From assembly GCA_964016885.1 (NCBI GenBank), contig OZ024743.1:155682001-155746000 (forward strand): 64,000 bases of DNA, written 5' to 3'. The notes beneath the pieces were generated by a model. It searched no databases. It was not told where the DNA came from and saw nothing but the letters and a program-made list of their open reading frames with translations. The position numbers and the translations under genes were made by a program. This DNA comes from Eledone cirrhosa (lineage: Eukaryota). Positions 44,401-57,758 of this stretch are shown in pieces; position 1 is the first letter of the stretch, and every line of letters begins with the position of its first letter.

Positions 44401-44601
44401 GTTTTTTAATATATGAATGTTTGAATTTCTTTTAACTTAAAAAAGGGGGTTCACGAAGGCATTTCTTATAAATGAAATTATGGCTGTGACGTGAACAAGT
44501 TCACTCAATTCGCTCCCGTATTTGGGAATTTATTTTGTAGACTTCATGAGCCCCTTTTTTTAAAGTAAAAATAAATTCAAACACTCAAATATGAAAAAAA
44601 C
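44401..44601. repeat. MITE-like imperfect inverted repeat (~58-bp arms)
   Basis: GTTTGAATTT...AAAAAAGGGGGTTCACGAAG vs CTTCATGAGCCCCTTTTTT...AAATTCAAAC. Confidence 0.65.
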
Positions 44602-44939
44602 AACCTGAAGCCCCCCCCCCCCCCCCCCCCCCTGTTTGAAGGCCTTTGTAACGCGAACCGGCGCGAAATTTATTATACTTATTGACCATCCTATCAAATT
44701 ACTTCTCTAAAAACCTGGCGTTTCGAGCCACTTTTTTCAATATAAAACAAGTAACGTTCAAAGACCAACCAGATGTGAGAAAAACCACAGACCATCCATT
44801 TCAACTCGACTTTTGAAAAGCAGAAAACTGCGAATTGGTAAAGGAACCAAATAAATATATATATATATAGAAAAAATGATGAAATCGAAAATGCAACTGG
44901 AGTCTTATTTTTAAAAAAATATATATATTTATTTGGTTC

Positions 44940-44982
<43 letters not shown>

Positions 44983-45014
44983 TCCTTTATATATATATAT
45001 ATATATATAAAAAA

Positions 45015-46290
45015 AATGAATAATAACAGGTAGACATCATAAAAAGGTAATTTCGTGTGCTTACAAATGTTACCATCTACCTGAAAAATGTTTATTGAAG
45101 AATGAATGCCTAAAGGCCAACATTGTTTACCAATGCACGGTTGAATCGAACGACCAGAAATGGTATTACATCGGGTCTACCACCACCTCGTTCAAATCTC
45201 GCTGGTACCGTCATCGATTCTCAATCAAACATCCTGATCACCGTTTTGTGACCACGCTCGCCAACAGGATTTGGCAACTCCGTGAACGCAACCAACAGTT
45301 CACCTTAAAATGGGATATACTTTCCAGCGCGAGTGTATATCGGAGTGGATTGAAGCACTGTAGGTTATGTAACCTTGAACTCTTTTACATCTTAAAATCT
45401 AAAAATAAACTACTTAACGATAGAATCGAACGATCATTATAATGCAACCACAAACTAAAAGCTAAATTATCTCACTATAGAATAACTTAACATTCGAACC
45501 CGTAACTATAACATTGCTTTCTAGCTAACCACATTCTCTTCCGCCACACTACAAGACAATACCCTGCGTATCACTATAAATGGTAACTTAGTGCGATTTG
45601 CAGATTACTACTACGAACCCAAAGTTCACCCACCCCATATTTTTCGTCTGTCCCCTCTCTATCTCTCCCTCTATATCCATTCCACTCTCTCTCGCCTTTG
45701 ACCTTCCTCCCTCTCTCTCCACATCTATGAACCTGCCCTCTGGGGCAATAAATAATTCCAACCTTGACTATCAACGCATCGCTTAAGGTGGTCGCTTTAA
45801 GAGTAACCAGTATTATAAAACCCCTACCATAACATTTTCATTAAGATATCTACAAACCACTCTCTCCTATTTCTCCAACCCATACATACCTTTCTATCTC
45901 TCTTCCTCTCCCGTACTTTTCTCTCTTCTTTTTCTACTCTATCTTCTCCAATAACCTCACTTAAGGGTATTTACATTGTACATTTTAACCATTCTGCTCT
46001 GATGATACAGTGGTCACAGCATTTGATAATTGAGTTTTGCAAATAGCTGTAAATTTGCACATAGCATAACTAGGCTGTACAACCACCGTGGAAACATTTG
46101 TAAGCACACGGAATAAATTACCTTTTTATGATGTCTACCTGTTATTATTCATTCCATATCTACACTCCGGAATACAGAAGGTTCAGGAACTAAGTATCTT
46201 CAACAATTCTTCCATAACTCGTTGAGTAACCTCCCACCGTACGTCAACCCTCTCCAGTGTTGTCTATTACTGCATCTAGGGTAATCTTAT
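45015..46290 (+). mobile_element. 5'-truncated Penelope-like (Naiad-type) element with short inverted terminal copy
   Basis: GIY-YIG ORF 45095-45442 (NIVYQCTV, YYIGST, LKWDIL, CRLCNLE, LLNDRIE); 45015-45071 is the reverse complement of ~46093-46153; flanked by (TA)n. Confidence 0.9.
45991..46114 (+). ncRNA. Type I hammerhead ribozyme, canonical core, extended stem II
   Basis: AUUC-UGCU-CUGAUGA-UACAGUGGU...ACCACCGUG-GAAAC-AUUU-GUA^AGCA-CACG-GAAU; predicted cleavage after 46102. Confidence 0.82.
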
Positions 46291-46292
46291 AC

Positions 46293-46423
<131 letters not shown>

Positions 46424-46505
46424 AGGGTATATATTGAGTTAGAAACTCAAAATGGTCACTTACAATTAAATAGCTCTAGGAAAGATATTTTTCCGAGCCG
46501 TATAT

Positions 46506-47016
46506 TATAATTAAATATAAAAGAAAGATAAACACAGATATACACAGATATGTGTTCATATCGTAATATGACCAGATTCGCTAAGGTGACAAAAATACTA
46601 ACTATGGACAATAGGGTTTGTCAGACTCAATTTAAGAACATATCAAGAAAATAAATACAAACCAGAATTGTGGCAACTAACAATAACCCAGACAGCGTTT
46701 GTCTATGCTGTTTCGCAAATTAATTGTGATGAGGAATACCGATAAATGATCGTCAGCGTGTGAAGAATTAGTATCCTGGTCACTTCTAAGTATATCATAA
46801 AATTTACTAGTGTGCGTAAATATAATAACGCACATGGTATCGGAACTTATCACAATTCCGGTTTGTATTTATTTTCTTGATTTATTCTTAAATTGAGTCT
46901 GACAAACTCTATTGTCCATAGTTAGTATTTGTTTCATCTTAGCTAATCTGGTCCCTTACGATTTGAACATATATATTTATATATCTGTGTTTATCTTTCT
47001 TTTATATTCAATTATA
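46506..47016. repeat. Fold-back element (~165-bp arms) with a decayed hammerhead in the spacer
   Basis: 46506-46671 mirrors 46851-47016; spacer (-) 46687-46760 reads CUGACGA...GAAACAGC...GCUGUC. Confidence 0.8.
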
Positions 47017-47396
47017 TATATACAGAAAGAAAGAGATACATACATTCTTAATTGAGAAAAAAAGCAGCCAGTATAACATGTTAACTAATTCAGATGTTCG
47101 GAGCTGTTGTTCAAGCTATTAAGTCAGAATGTGGGAAATGTAGAGAACGACGGTTCCTCTGGGGAACATCTCACATCACGAAGGACCCTCAAGTGACTGT
47201 GACGTGTGTCTCTTTGAAAAGGGGGAGATTCCACGTGGTAGGATGTTGGTGTGAAGTGGCGAGTGGTAAATAATAGCTAATCTTCCAATAGGTTTATTTC
47301 ACCATAATATATGTTTTTGGTAGTTCATTTATATATAAGATTAACACGGATAAGCGATATAAAATGTTTTTAAAGGACATCTCGTTTACTTGGGTA

Positions 47397-48015
47397 TCAT
47401 CATCATCATCATCATCAATGTTTAACGTCCGTGTTCCACGCTTGCATGGGTTTGGACGGGGGTTTTCCCACTTGATGCAAGAGTGATTGTCTGCTCTCAT
47501 AGGACTGTCTGGCAGGTTTTCTACAGTCGGATGCCCTTCCTAACACCAACCACATTTACAGTGTGGGTCTGGGAGGTTTTTACCGAGTTGCCTACACGGC
47601 CACATTACAGCGTGGACTGTGTGTTTTTTTGTCGTGACACCTACAAGATCTCATTTGTTTCGGCCTGGATGGTGTGGCACCAACATAACTTTACATAGAA
47701 GGGGGCGGTGTGGATGGGATGGGGGCGATGGTACGGGGGTGTATTTTGTTAGAGATGCCTACTGACTGTAGTAGGTTTTACTATGTATTTAGGTTAGGCG
47801 GTTCTTCTCTATTACTGAGTACCGCCAAAGGTCTCGGTCCAGTGACATTGTCTTGGAGAGGTGTAAGTGTGTGAGGTCGGAGTTTATCAGCTCGTTCCAG
47901 GTTTTTCTAGGTCTGCCTATTCCGTGGCTACCGTCTATCTGTATTGCCCTGCACTTCGTTATACAGCTATCGACTTACATGCGCATCACGTGTCCATACC
48001 CACGCAGCCTTCTCT
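47397..48015 (-). mobile_element. RTE-like LINE 3' end with (GAT)n tail
   Basis: Minus-strand peptide [12 protein letters not shown]...GRPRKTWNELINSDL...DRDLWR; (CAT)n on + at 47397-47417. Confidence 0.7.
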
Positions 48016-48025
48016 CGAGTATATA

Positions 48026-48090
<65 letters not shown>

Positions 48091-48152
48091 CATATATATA
48101 TATATAAATATATATTTATATATACAATATATATATATATATATATATATAT

Positions 48153-48721
48153 TTCGAAAAGAAAATGCTGACAAATGTTACCCAGTGAAAAGTAGTTTAA
48201 TTAGGAATAATTATAAATTAGTAATACGTATTGGTTAGTATTCAGTTTTAGTTTTAAGTTTTTACGGGTTGCGCATTTCTAATATTTTTCAAAAATAATT
48301 GTGAGATAGAGCACGTGATGCTTGCTCTAATTTGATCAGTTTTGGAAATTCTTCCTGTTTTATGTGAAAAAAGTGGCTCCAGAGGTATTAAGATTTGGTT
48401 GGTTGTTGAATGTCACGTGAATGAGTACTATAAATTTCGCGCCAATTCGTGTTGCAAAAATTATTGTAGTCAAAACAATTTTGATTGGTCGATAGAGGTC
48501 ACGTGAATGTTAAAAATTGATTTTGCGCCAAATGTAGGTTTGTCGAAGAGTGTCCTTTTTCGCCTGATTGAGAAGTCACTGAAAAATAAGTTTATTAAGA
48601 CAAATATGTGTGTATGTGTGTGTGTAGTAAAGAGGTTCATTGTTGTGATAATGGTCAGTAGGGATGTGTGTGAATTGCAGTCATGTTGAAAGGTCAACAG
48701 TTCAGGTGTCTATTAAGACAA

Positions 48722-48813
<92 letters not shown>

Positions 48814-51800
48814 AGCAGAGTGGTTCGCGATAGAGGGAATAAATTCGGTCAGTAGGAATGTGTGTGTACTTGTGTGGGGGATATTTTAACATGCTGAAAT
48901 ATATTTTTCATCTCTTGTCTTATACGGAGAATTGTGTGTGTGTGTGTGTATGTATGTTTGTATGTTAGCGTACGCGTGTGTATGTGTGTTTGTGTATATG
49001 TGTGTATGTGTGTGCGGGGGGGGGGGGGGGGCAGTATGTTTGTGATACTGGTAAACATGGTGTACATTATTCGATATTTTCAGTAATTTGCACAGACAAT
49101 TCTCTCAAAAGAACATCAAAAACATTAATAATAAAAGGGGTGAAATGATGTATAATAATGTCATAACACCAAGGTGTGTGTGAGTGTCCAGATTGTATGT
49201 ACTGCAAGGTGAATCCATTAAGCCCTGCCCTATGGGAATACTTGTGTACAAATATGTATGTGCCCATCAGTGTGTAATGCATGTGTGTGTATATGTATGT
49301 GTGTGTGTCGGCACGTTTACATCTATAAACATCAAAAGGTATGCACATTTGTGTATATTTGTGTTGCACCATAGAACATGTGTGTTTACGTATGTCATTG
49401 TGTTTATATGTGGATAGAAATATATGTAGGAGGTATGCTGATGTAGGTATGTATGTTGACGTGTGTATATTGTTGGTTCATCTTAGGGAGAAGTGTTTAG
49501 ACGGGGTCCGTATTTGTTAATAAAGTGAGATTCCTTGCTGATGCGCTGGGTGTGGGTGGCATTATCTTTAAATTTGTAGAGGGGAAAGATTCTAAAGTTG
49601 TGATGATTTGGGGCGGCACAGGTATCAATGTGTTCACTCAGTGGTATTTTTCTGTATTCCCGTATTTTAATTTGGGATCTATGGACAGTCATGCGTTGGC
49701 GGAGGCTGTTTTTAGTCTGGCCTATGTATTGTTCTCGACAACCTGTGCAAGTTAATACATATATTAGATTTTCTGATGCGCATGTGGAATTGTATTTTAC
49801 TATAAAACGTTGTCCTTCTTTGAAATAGAATTCCGAACCCTCTATTAGGTTGATGCATATGCCACAGTTGGGCCTATCGCATTTTCTTACGGTGGGTTTC
49901 GTACTTTGGCATGTGTTAGGATGTTTTTCATTGACTTAGTTTGTCTTTTGCTCTTTATGATATCGTGTATTCGAAGGATTTGGTTCATTCTATGGTCCCT
50001 TTTTAACACAGGGATGTTCTGGAGGATGGCGTCAAAGGCCTCATTGTTGAGGGGGTTGTGTGCGGAGATGTATGGAAGAGCTTTTAGTTTCGGTTGATTT
50101 ACTTTAGGGTGTCTAAGGTCCTGTGTACAGAGTTTTAGGGCACGTTGGATTCCATTGTCAATTAGTGATGCAGGGTAGTCCCTGATTATGAGTGTGTTCT
50201 TCAGTTCCTCTAGCCCTAATTAACAGGTGTTTTTATTGGCTAAGTTGTAGGGAATATTAATTGCTAGGGTGGCAAGAGTTGAAAGGAAGATATTACTTGG
50301 AGTCTGTGGGCTTGTAGTATATGTCTGTTTCTATTTTTTTGTTATGAATCTTAATGAGGATGTCGAGGAAGGGGAGTTGTAGATGGCTGTATTTCATCGT
50401 AAAGTTAATATGCGTGTTGAGCCCATTTATAAGGTTGTGAAATTTCTAGATGTTTTCGTGCCAAAGGATGAAGAGGTCATCTAGATATCGCTTCCAGTTC
50501 TTTTCTATGTGTAAGTGGAGAGTGTTTCCAAATGTGTTTAGTACTTTAGTGTAGAGGGTGATTTCCATATATCCCATGACTAGGTTGGTATAAGTGGGGG
50601 CTGTTTTCGTTCCAATAGCGGTGCCATATTTCTGCCTCTAGGATTTGTTATTGAAAACCAAGTAATCGTTCTCCAAGATAAATGTGAGTCCTTCTATCAC
50701 GATTCTTTTTTGATGCGTTGTGGGAATTCATTGTGGTAATTATCCAGCCAGAATTGGATAGCTTCTGTTCCTAGGTTGTGGGGGATGTTGGAGTATAGGT
50801 TGACTAAATCGAACGTCCCTAGTAGAGTTTGTTCAGAAGGGGCATATTAGAGAGGTGATTGAGCATATCTAGGTCGTCCCTAATATAGCTTTTGATATGT
50901 TTGAGAAAAGGCTTGAGAAGTGTATCAATGAAGTTGCTAAGGCGGTGGGTTTCGCAAGCGGGGCCTGCTATTATAGGTCTTAATTTGTGATCATTGGGTG
51001 AGGGGACATTGATCACTATGTCTCTGGCTTCCTTGCATGCCTTACTTATTAATTCGCTTTTATGTACTTTAGGGATACCGTAGAAAAGGCTGGATTTACT
51101 TGTGAAGGCTGTGATGAAGCTGAATTCCTTGGTAGTGAGTCCTTCTTTGTATTGGTTGATCAGAGTTTTTAGGTTTCTCATAATTTTCTGTTGATTGTAG
51201 TGTTCAGCCTTTTCGTAGTATGTTTCGTTTTCCAAAGTGGAGAGCGCTAAGCTGATATAGAATTCTGTCTCCATTAAGACTACTGTACTCCATTTATCAC
51301 CCTCTTTAATTGTAATAGTTCTGTCGGTTTTTAATCTATTTAATTCTTCCCATTAGCTCTTGTTGAGATTTGGCTTGTGTTTTTGTTTGTGCAAGTGTTG
51401 GTAAAGAAAGTTTGTGATGTGTTCACAGAATTCGTCCAGGATTTTATTTCTACCGTTTGATGGGGTGTAGTTGCTTCTATTTCTGGCTAATGATTCATCC
51501 ACATTGTACTGGTCGAATAGTTCTTCACTGAGTAGTAAATTTCTACAGAAGTCTGTGATGTCTTCCTTCATTTCATAGTAGTTAGGACGTAGTGTGGTCG
51601 GTGTGAATTTAAGACCTTTGGAGAGTAAGATGATAAGGTTGGGAGTTGGTTGTTCACTTTATTACTCTCGGTTGCTCCTCCCTGTCTTGTGTTATTTTGT
51701 TTGCCTGAATCTGTCTGCTGTGTCTAAAAAATGTTTGGGGTAGAGGGGTTATCTGCTGATGTTAAGTGGTCTCCTGTGTTTGTTATATTCCTTGTGGTTG

Positions 51801-52535
51801 TAAAATGTGGTTCGGGTTCGTGGTTGTGGATTGAATGGGGTGTTTCTGTACTGCGAGTATGGATGGTGTTTCTATGTGCCATGTTGGATTGTGGTGTTAT
51901 AGGTGGCCTACGTTGTTGGTTGTATCGTGTGGTGTGGGTTTGTTGTGTATTGTGGAAGCGAGAGTTGATAAAATGGAAATGACCTTGCTGTCCCCTTGTA
52001 GCGGGGAAGTTGTTACATCTGTCATGGTTGTGGTAATTTTCCCTATGTTTGACTATGAGGCATCCGCGTAGTAGTTGCGTGATTTGGTATGGTGTCTCCT
52101 TGAAGGGGGAAAGTTGTAAATGTCATTCTGGGGGTGATGATTTCTAGGGTTTTTGTTACTTCTTATGGAAGCGAGGTTGGGAACTTCATCTTCGGTGTGA
52201 ATCAAAATTGTTTTGGCTACATAAATTTTTGCAACACGAATTGGCGCGAAATCTATATACTCATTCACGTGACATTCAACCACCAACCAAGTCTTAATAC
52301 GTCTGGAGCCACTTTCTTCATATGAAACAGGAAGAATTTCCAAAACTGATCAGATTAGAGCAAACATCACGAGCGCTGTATCTCAACATTATTATTTAAA
52401 AGCATTAGAAATGCGCAACTGGTAAATTCTTAAAACTAAAACTGAATACGAACCAATACGTATTACTAATTTATACTTATTCCTAATTAAACTATTTCTC
52501 ACTGGGAAAAATTTGTCAGCATTTTCTTTTCCTTT
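48153..52535 (-). mobile_element. Near-complete Neptune-type Penelope-like element (RT + Zn linker + GIY-YIG) with ~330-bp inverted terminal repeats
   Basis: FYGIPKVHK, LRPII, GTAIGTKTAP, WKRYLDD, CDRPNCGIC linker, NLIYVLTCTGCREQYIGQT; 48155-48485 is the reverse complement of ~52200-52533; (TA)n on both sides. Confidence 0.92.
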
Positions 52536-52545
52536 TAGTAATATA

Positions 52546-52667
<122 letters not shown>

Positions 52668-53020
52668 TTTAAGTGAGTATTGAAGTTTCCTTGAAGCATT
52701 GTGGAATAATAACATTTTATTTTGGGACGTTTGGGAAGCCTCAACCATGCAGATGTGTACATCTCCGTGTAACAGAATCCGGTGGTGAAGAGAGAGATGT
52801 AAGGGAATGTAGAATGAGATGTATGGTGTGTAGAGGAACGTAGGAAAGAGCGTAAAACATAAAAATAATAATACGAGATAGAGTTACCTTGGGAGAGATT
52901 TAATTGTCTCTATATTTCGGATTCGCATCCATCAACTGGGGGAGGTAACGGGTGGAATGTTATATGTCGGAGACGAACGGTACGTGGACTCTGCTGTCCG
53001 CTGTTTGTGTGTAACTGAGG

Positions 53021-54208
53021 TATTCTGTAGAGCGCATGTGCGCGCGGAATAGGTGCGGTCAAGCAAAGGTCGAAGCATTTCTTTTTATTTTGGGAGTGGG
53101 ATGGCGTTAGCTGTCAATGTATTGTACTACCTATATGTACTGGTCTTTGGTACTAGCAGTGTAGTATAGTAGTATAGTAGTAGTCTGCCTGGTCGTTTGT
53201 TGGTCGGTGGATGGTGGGGGCGCTAAACACACAATAACAAACGTTATAATGCCACTGTGTGTGTGTTTGTGTGCGTGTTTTGCCACGTTTGTTTCCACCA
53301 GCCACCTCGTCTCGCTTCTCTCGGATCGGCTATTTATTTATGGCCCTAGGCGTTTGATCCAAAGTGATTCCTTGATTCGTTACGTGCCGACGAAAGGCAA
53401 GTCCCCGCTCCAACCAATCAATCACTCCCATCAAGGCTGGTAATATGACATGGTTTTTGAGTTCATGCCAGCAACTCAGTTGTGGTTTACTGTTAGTCGC
53501 CCTTCCAGTGGCAACTGAAACTTAGCGGTTGTGGTAGAGTATAAGTTTCAATAGGTTTCAATACTACCCCTAAATTATATAGAATTGACCATTACTCGCG
53601 TAGAAAATATAAACTTAATTCTAGGGTCCCTATATTATGGTTTCACAGTGGAAATTAAAATTGATAATTAGAAATTAAATATTAAAATCTAGATTGAAGT
53701 AAATAAAAACATATAATAAATAGGAAGTCTGTAAATTATAGTCAGAAATGTATGAAAAGGGGATCCATATTGGATATTACAGATATATTATCCATATATT
53801 GAACGATAGTACCGTAACGAAGTATGGAAGATCAATTTAAAGAATAAAACATAGTAATTAAGTAAACAATTAGTTAATATCTTCTATCACATGAATCAAA
53901 ACGAAACGTACATAGATCCAATGTCTTCAATCCGAGAATTCCTCTTACTCCCTCGGGAGCCGAAATTCCGTTTAACTTCAGAAGACTGCAATTCCTGCCT
54001 CGGGTCAGTTTTGCCATGTCCATTAACACTCCCAGAGTCAAACTCTTTCTGTGGCCGGACTTCTACTGGAGGAGCCCTGTTTCTCCCACGGACAATTGTA
54101 CGTTGGGTGCACTAGAGTTGGCAGCAGGGAAAGGTATTTTGCATTTGCATTTGCTTCGACCTTTGCTTAACCGCACCTATTCCGCGCGCACGTGAGCTCT
54201 ACAGAATA
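53021..54208. repeat. ~1.2-kb segment bounded by 57-bp inverted repeats
   Basis: TATTCTGTAGAGCGCATGTGCGCGCGGAATAGGTGCGGTCAAGCAAAGGTCGAAGCA vs its reverse complement at 54152-54208. Confidence 0.8.
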
Positions 54209-54829
54209 TCTCAGGAACATTGTTTACAACGAGGTGTTATAAATGCAGCAGCGACAAGGTAGGTTTATTATTGCCCTTTTGTAAACCAATCTGGTCGCAA
54301 TCCGTTCGGGCTACTAACTGAAATGTGTTTTTTCTACGGTTTAAGGTGAACCCTTCAGCTAAGAACCTTCCCCTTTACAATTGGTGCAGCAACGTAAGGT
54401 CGTTAAATGGATCGTTTTTCGTTGGGTGCTCTAGAGTTAGCAGCTTGGAGAGTCTTCTTGCATTTGCACAAGGACGAGGTAGGTTTGTTATCAACATTTC
54501 TTAAGGCAATCTGGTTGCCATTCATACGGCCTATTACCTGAAATACATTTTCCCTCAGATTCAGGTGACTACCTTCAGATATGGACCTTCCCACTCGACG
54601 CGTCAATGTATGGCTGTTAAACGGACCGCAAACGCATTCTGATTCATTCTAAAGACTACCAGTCGAAGCAACCGTAACACCCTCCTTCAAATGTCAGAGA
54701 ACGCAGTCAAAGTCACTATTAAGGGTTACAAGTGAACGCTAACATGGCCCTTTTTAGATCCACCACTTGAAATTGTTGATGGTTATCCCTCACTTACTGG
54801 GGTGTCAGTGAACTGTTTACACGTCCCTT

Positions 54830-54980
54830 TTAAAGGGCCCTTGAAATAGCTGATGGCGACCCTTTCGTTTACGGCTGTCAGTTAACTCGCACACGCCTCG
54901 GGGCCCATTTTATTGCACCATTCCTCTTTAAATTTGTTAAATTATATCCCACAGTTTGGTAAACGTTTCTCCAGTTGCGT
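54830..54980 (-). pseudogene. Possible Tc1-like transposase C-terminal relic
   Basis: KEEWCNKMGPEACAS*LTAVNERVAISYFKG loosely follows the Tc1 pattern EEW..I....C..L..SM..R...VI..KG. Confidence 0.3.
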
Positions 54981-55193
54981 TTACTTACTAAAGTGCGGTG
55001 GACTCCTTCGAGAGGGCTCCACATACTGTCCGATTGCACGTCATGCCTTGCTCAAACAAACATTGCAGACTTCCCTCTGACATAAGTGGTGACATCTGTC
55101 CTGTTGACTCATGCAACTTTATTAAAGTACAAAAGCACCGAGACGATTTTCTCCACGTGGAAGGAGAAGCATACCTAATACTAATTGCATCAA

Positions 55194-55961
<768 letters not shown>

Positions 55962-55962
55962 C

Positions 55963-56409
55963 AGTATTCCTGTCTGTTTGTTTGTTCGCGAATTCCTCCT
56001 ATGGTTTTGTAGATAGACCCCATATCCATATATATTCTGAAACTATATTGCCCAGTGTACTTTAATCAAAGTGTTCTTCGGGCGGCCAAACACCCTTTGA
56101 ATTGTTTTATATGAAATTTAAACCATGGGTAAATGACAAGATATGATGCCTATTCACAAAAGTTTTAAATTGATATTCTGAAAAGAATTATTCCAAAGAA
56201 ACAAAATAAAAATAAGATTTAATAATGTAATTTTGATTTAATATATTACAAAAAATAATGTTTTCCAATTTTTAATGCATTACATTTTACATTGAGTAAT
56301 ATTGAAATGCAGAGTTTTCTCCCTAAATTATATAACTGATTTAAAATCAATCACCATTTTCTTTAAACAAATATGTATGAAACGCAGCAAGGCGCGGGTA
56401 ATTCGGCTA

Positions 56410-56410
<1 letters not shown>
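55963..56410 (+). mobile_element. Second non-autonomous Helitron-like element
   Basis: 3' end CGCAGCAAGGCGCGGGTAATTCGGCTAG then T. Confidence 0.5.
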
Positions 56411-56446
<36 letters not shown>

Positions 56447-56465
56447 GAGAGAGAGAGAGAGAAAG

Positions 56466-56497
<32 letters not shown>

Positions 56498-56499
56498 AC

Positions 56500-56532
<33 letters not shown>

Positions 56533-57198
56533 TGAAGTTGGAATAGCACGGAACATCTTTTAGTGTCTGTTTTTTTGTTGTTTTTTTCCATTCTTTGAAT
56601 CGTCAAAGTGACATTATTGAAAAGATGAGCGGGACAGATAAAATAAAAAAACTTTTATAATGTATTTAAAGTATATGAAGTATTACCGTTTTCGGTGTAT
56701 TACTAAAATTCATCTTATCAAATGTTGAGTATTTCAATTAAAGAAAATTAATAAGAATTGAAAACTAGAAATTAAAGATTTATAATTAAGAGGTAAGTTA
56801 TTTTCATCTTTTTTGTTGAGCAGGAGACTGGAAAATGTATTCTTGTGTTACATCTCTAAGATAGAGATGTGTAGTCATGATAGTAGCAGCAGCAGTGTTG
56901 GTAGTTGTGTTTCTTCACATAGAACAAAATAGTTTTCAGAGATAAATGAAATATTCTGTAAATGTGTGTGTATCTCAGTTGTGTTAATGGATCGGTTAAC
57001 ACTATATATATATGTATATCTGTATGTTTAACCGTTGATCAATCAATGATAAACGTTAATTGCCAAATAAATTAACTATAGAGATATAAAGGATACAGAA
57101 GCGAAAAGCAGTCAATGTGTTCTGTTATTATGTCTGACAATATTATTACAACAATATTACCCTCCCATATATATAAATATATATATATGAAAATGTTT

Positions 57199-57350
57199 GA
57201 CCCCGATCACAGAGCTCCAGCCGTTTCGACGGCTATTTATGGTGAGTTATGGTCCATCTGGTTCCTTACAACACCCACTACGTTGTATATATATATATAA
57301 CGAAGGAAATGGGGTAAGGAACCAGATGGAGCATAATTCACCAGAGTACT
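57199..57350. repeat. Rearranged PLE terminal-repeat remnant: half-hammerhead plus hairpin centred on (TA)n
   Basis: 57199-57238 (-) is the 3' half of the 26653 hammerhead family; 57241-57285 mirrors 57298-57342 and matches 26803-26846. Confidence 0.75.
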
Positions 57351-57364
57351 TAATACTGTATATA

Positions 57365-57421
<57 letters not shown>

Positions 57422-57522
57422 TATATATATATATATGTATAAATATTTCGTATCTCCAAAGAAATACGATTTTAGGTAGCCGTAGCTATGCAAATACCGT
57501 GTGGCTAACGCCCTCTGGTGAT

Positions 57523-57616
57523 GTCCAGCAGAAGCAGGAGGGACAACCGTCTATGCATTTCAGGTCTAACTGGCCTTCGTCAGGACGATCCCTCCCACCG
57601 CTTGCGACTGCTGGAC
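57523..57616 (-). ncRNA. Minimal type I hammerhead ribozyme (57548-57587) on a long extended stem I
   Basis: Minus strand CGUC-CUGACGA-AGGCC-AGUUA-GACCU-GAAA-UGCA-UA^GACG; outer helices GGAGGGA/UCCCUCC, AAGC/GCUU, GUCCAGCAG/CUGCUGGAC. Confidence 0.78.
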
Positions 57617-57758
57617 TAGTAGACAGGCGAGAATATATAGTTTTATCGTCTGTGTAAATGAGGTGATTAATCTCATTTGCATATGAAGCTGCATAAGTTG
57701 GCTCAACTTATAATAGAAAAGAAATAGGATTATGCTTCAAGCATAGCTTTATACAATA

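Noticed and set aside
54225-54400. LTR end plus primer-binding site (TTTACA-ATTGGTGCAGC)
   Set aside because: No second LTR and no gag/pol motifs downstream
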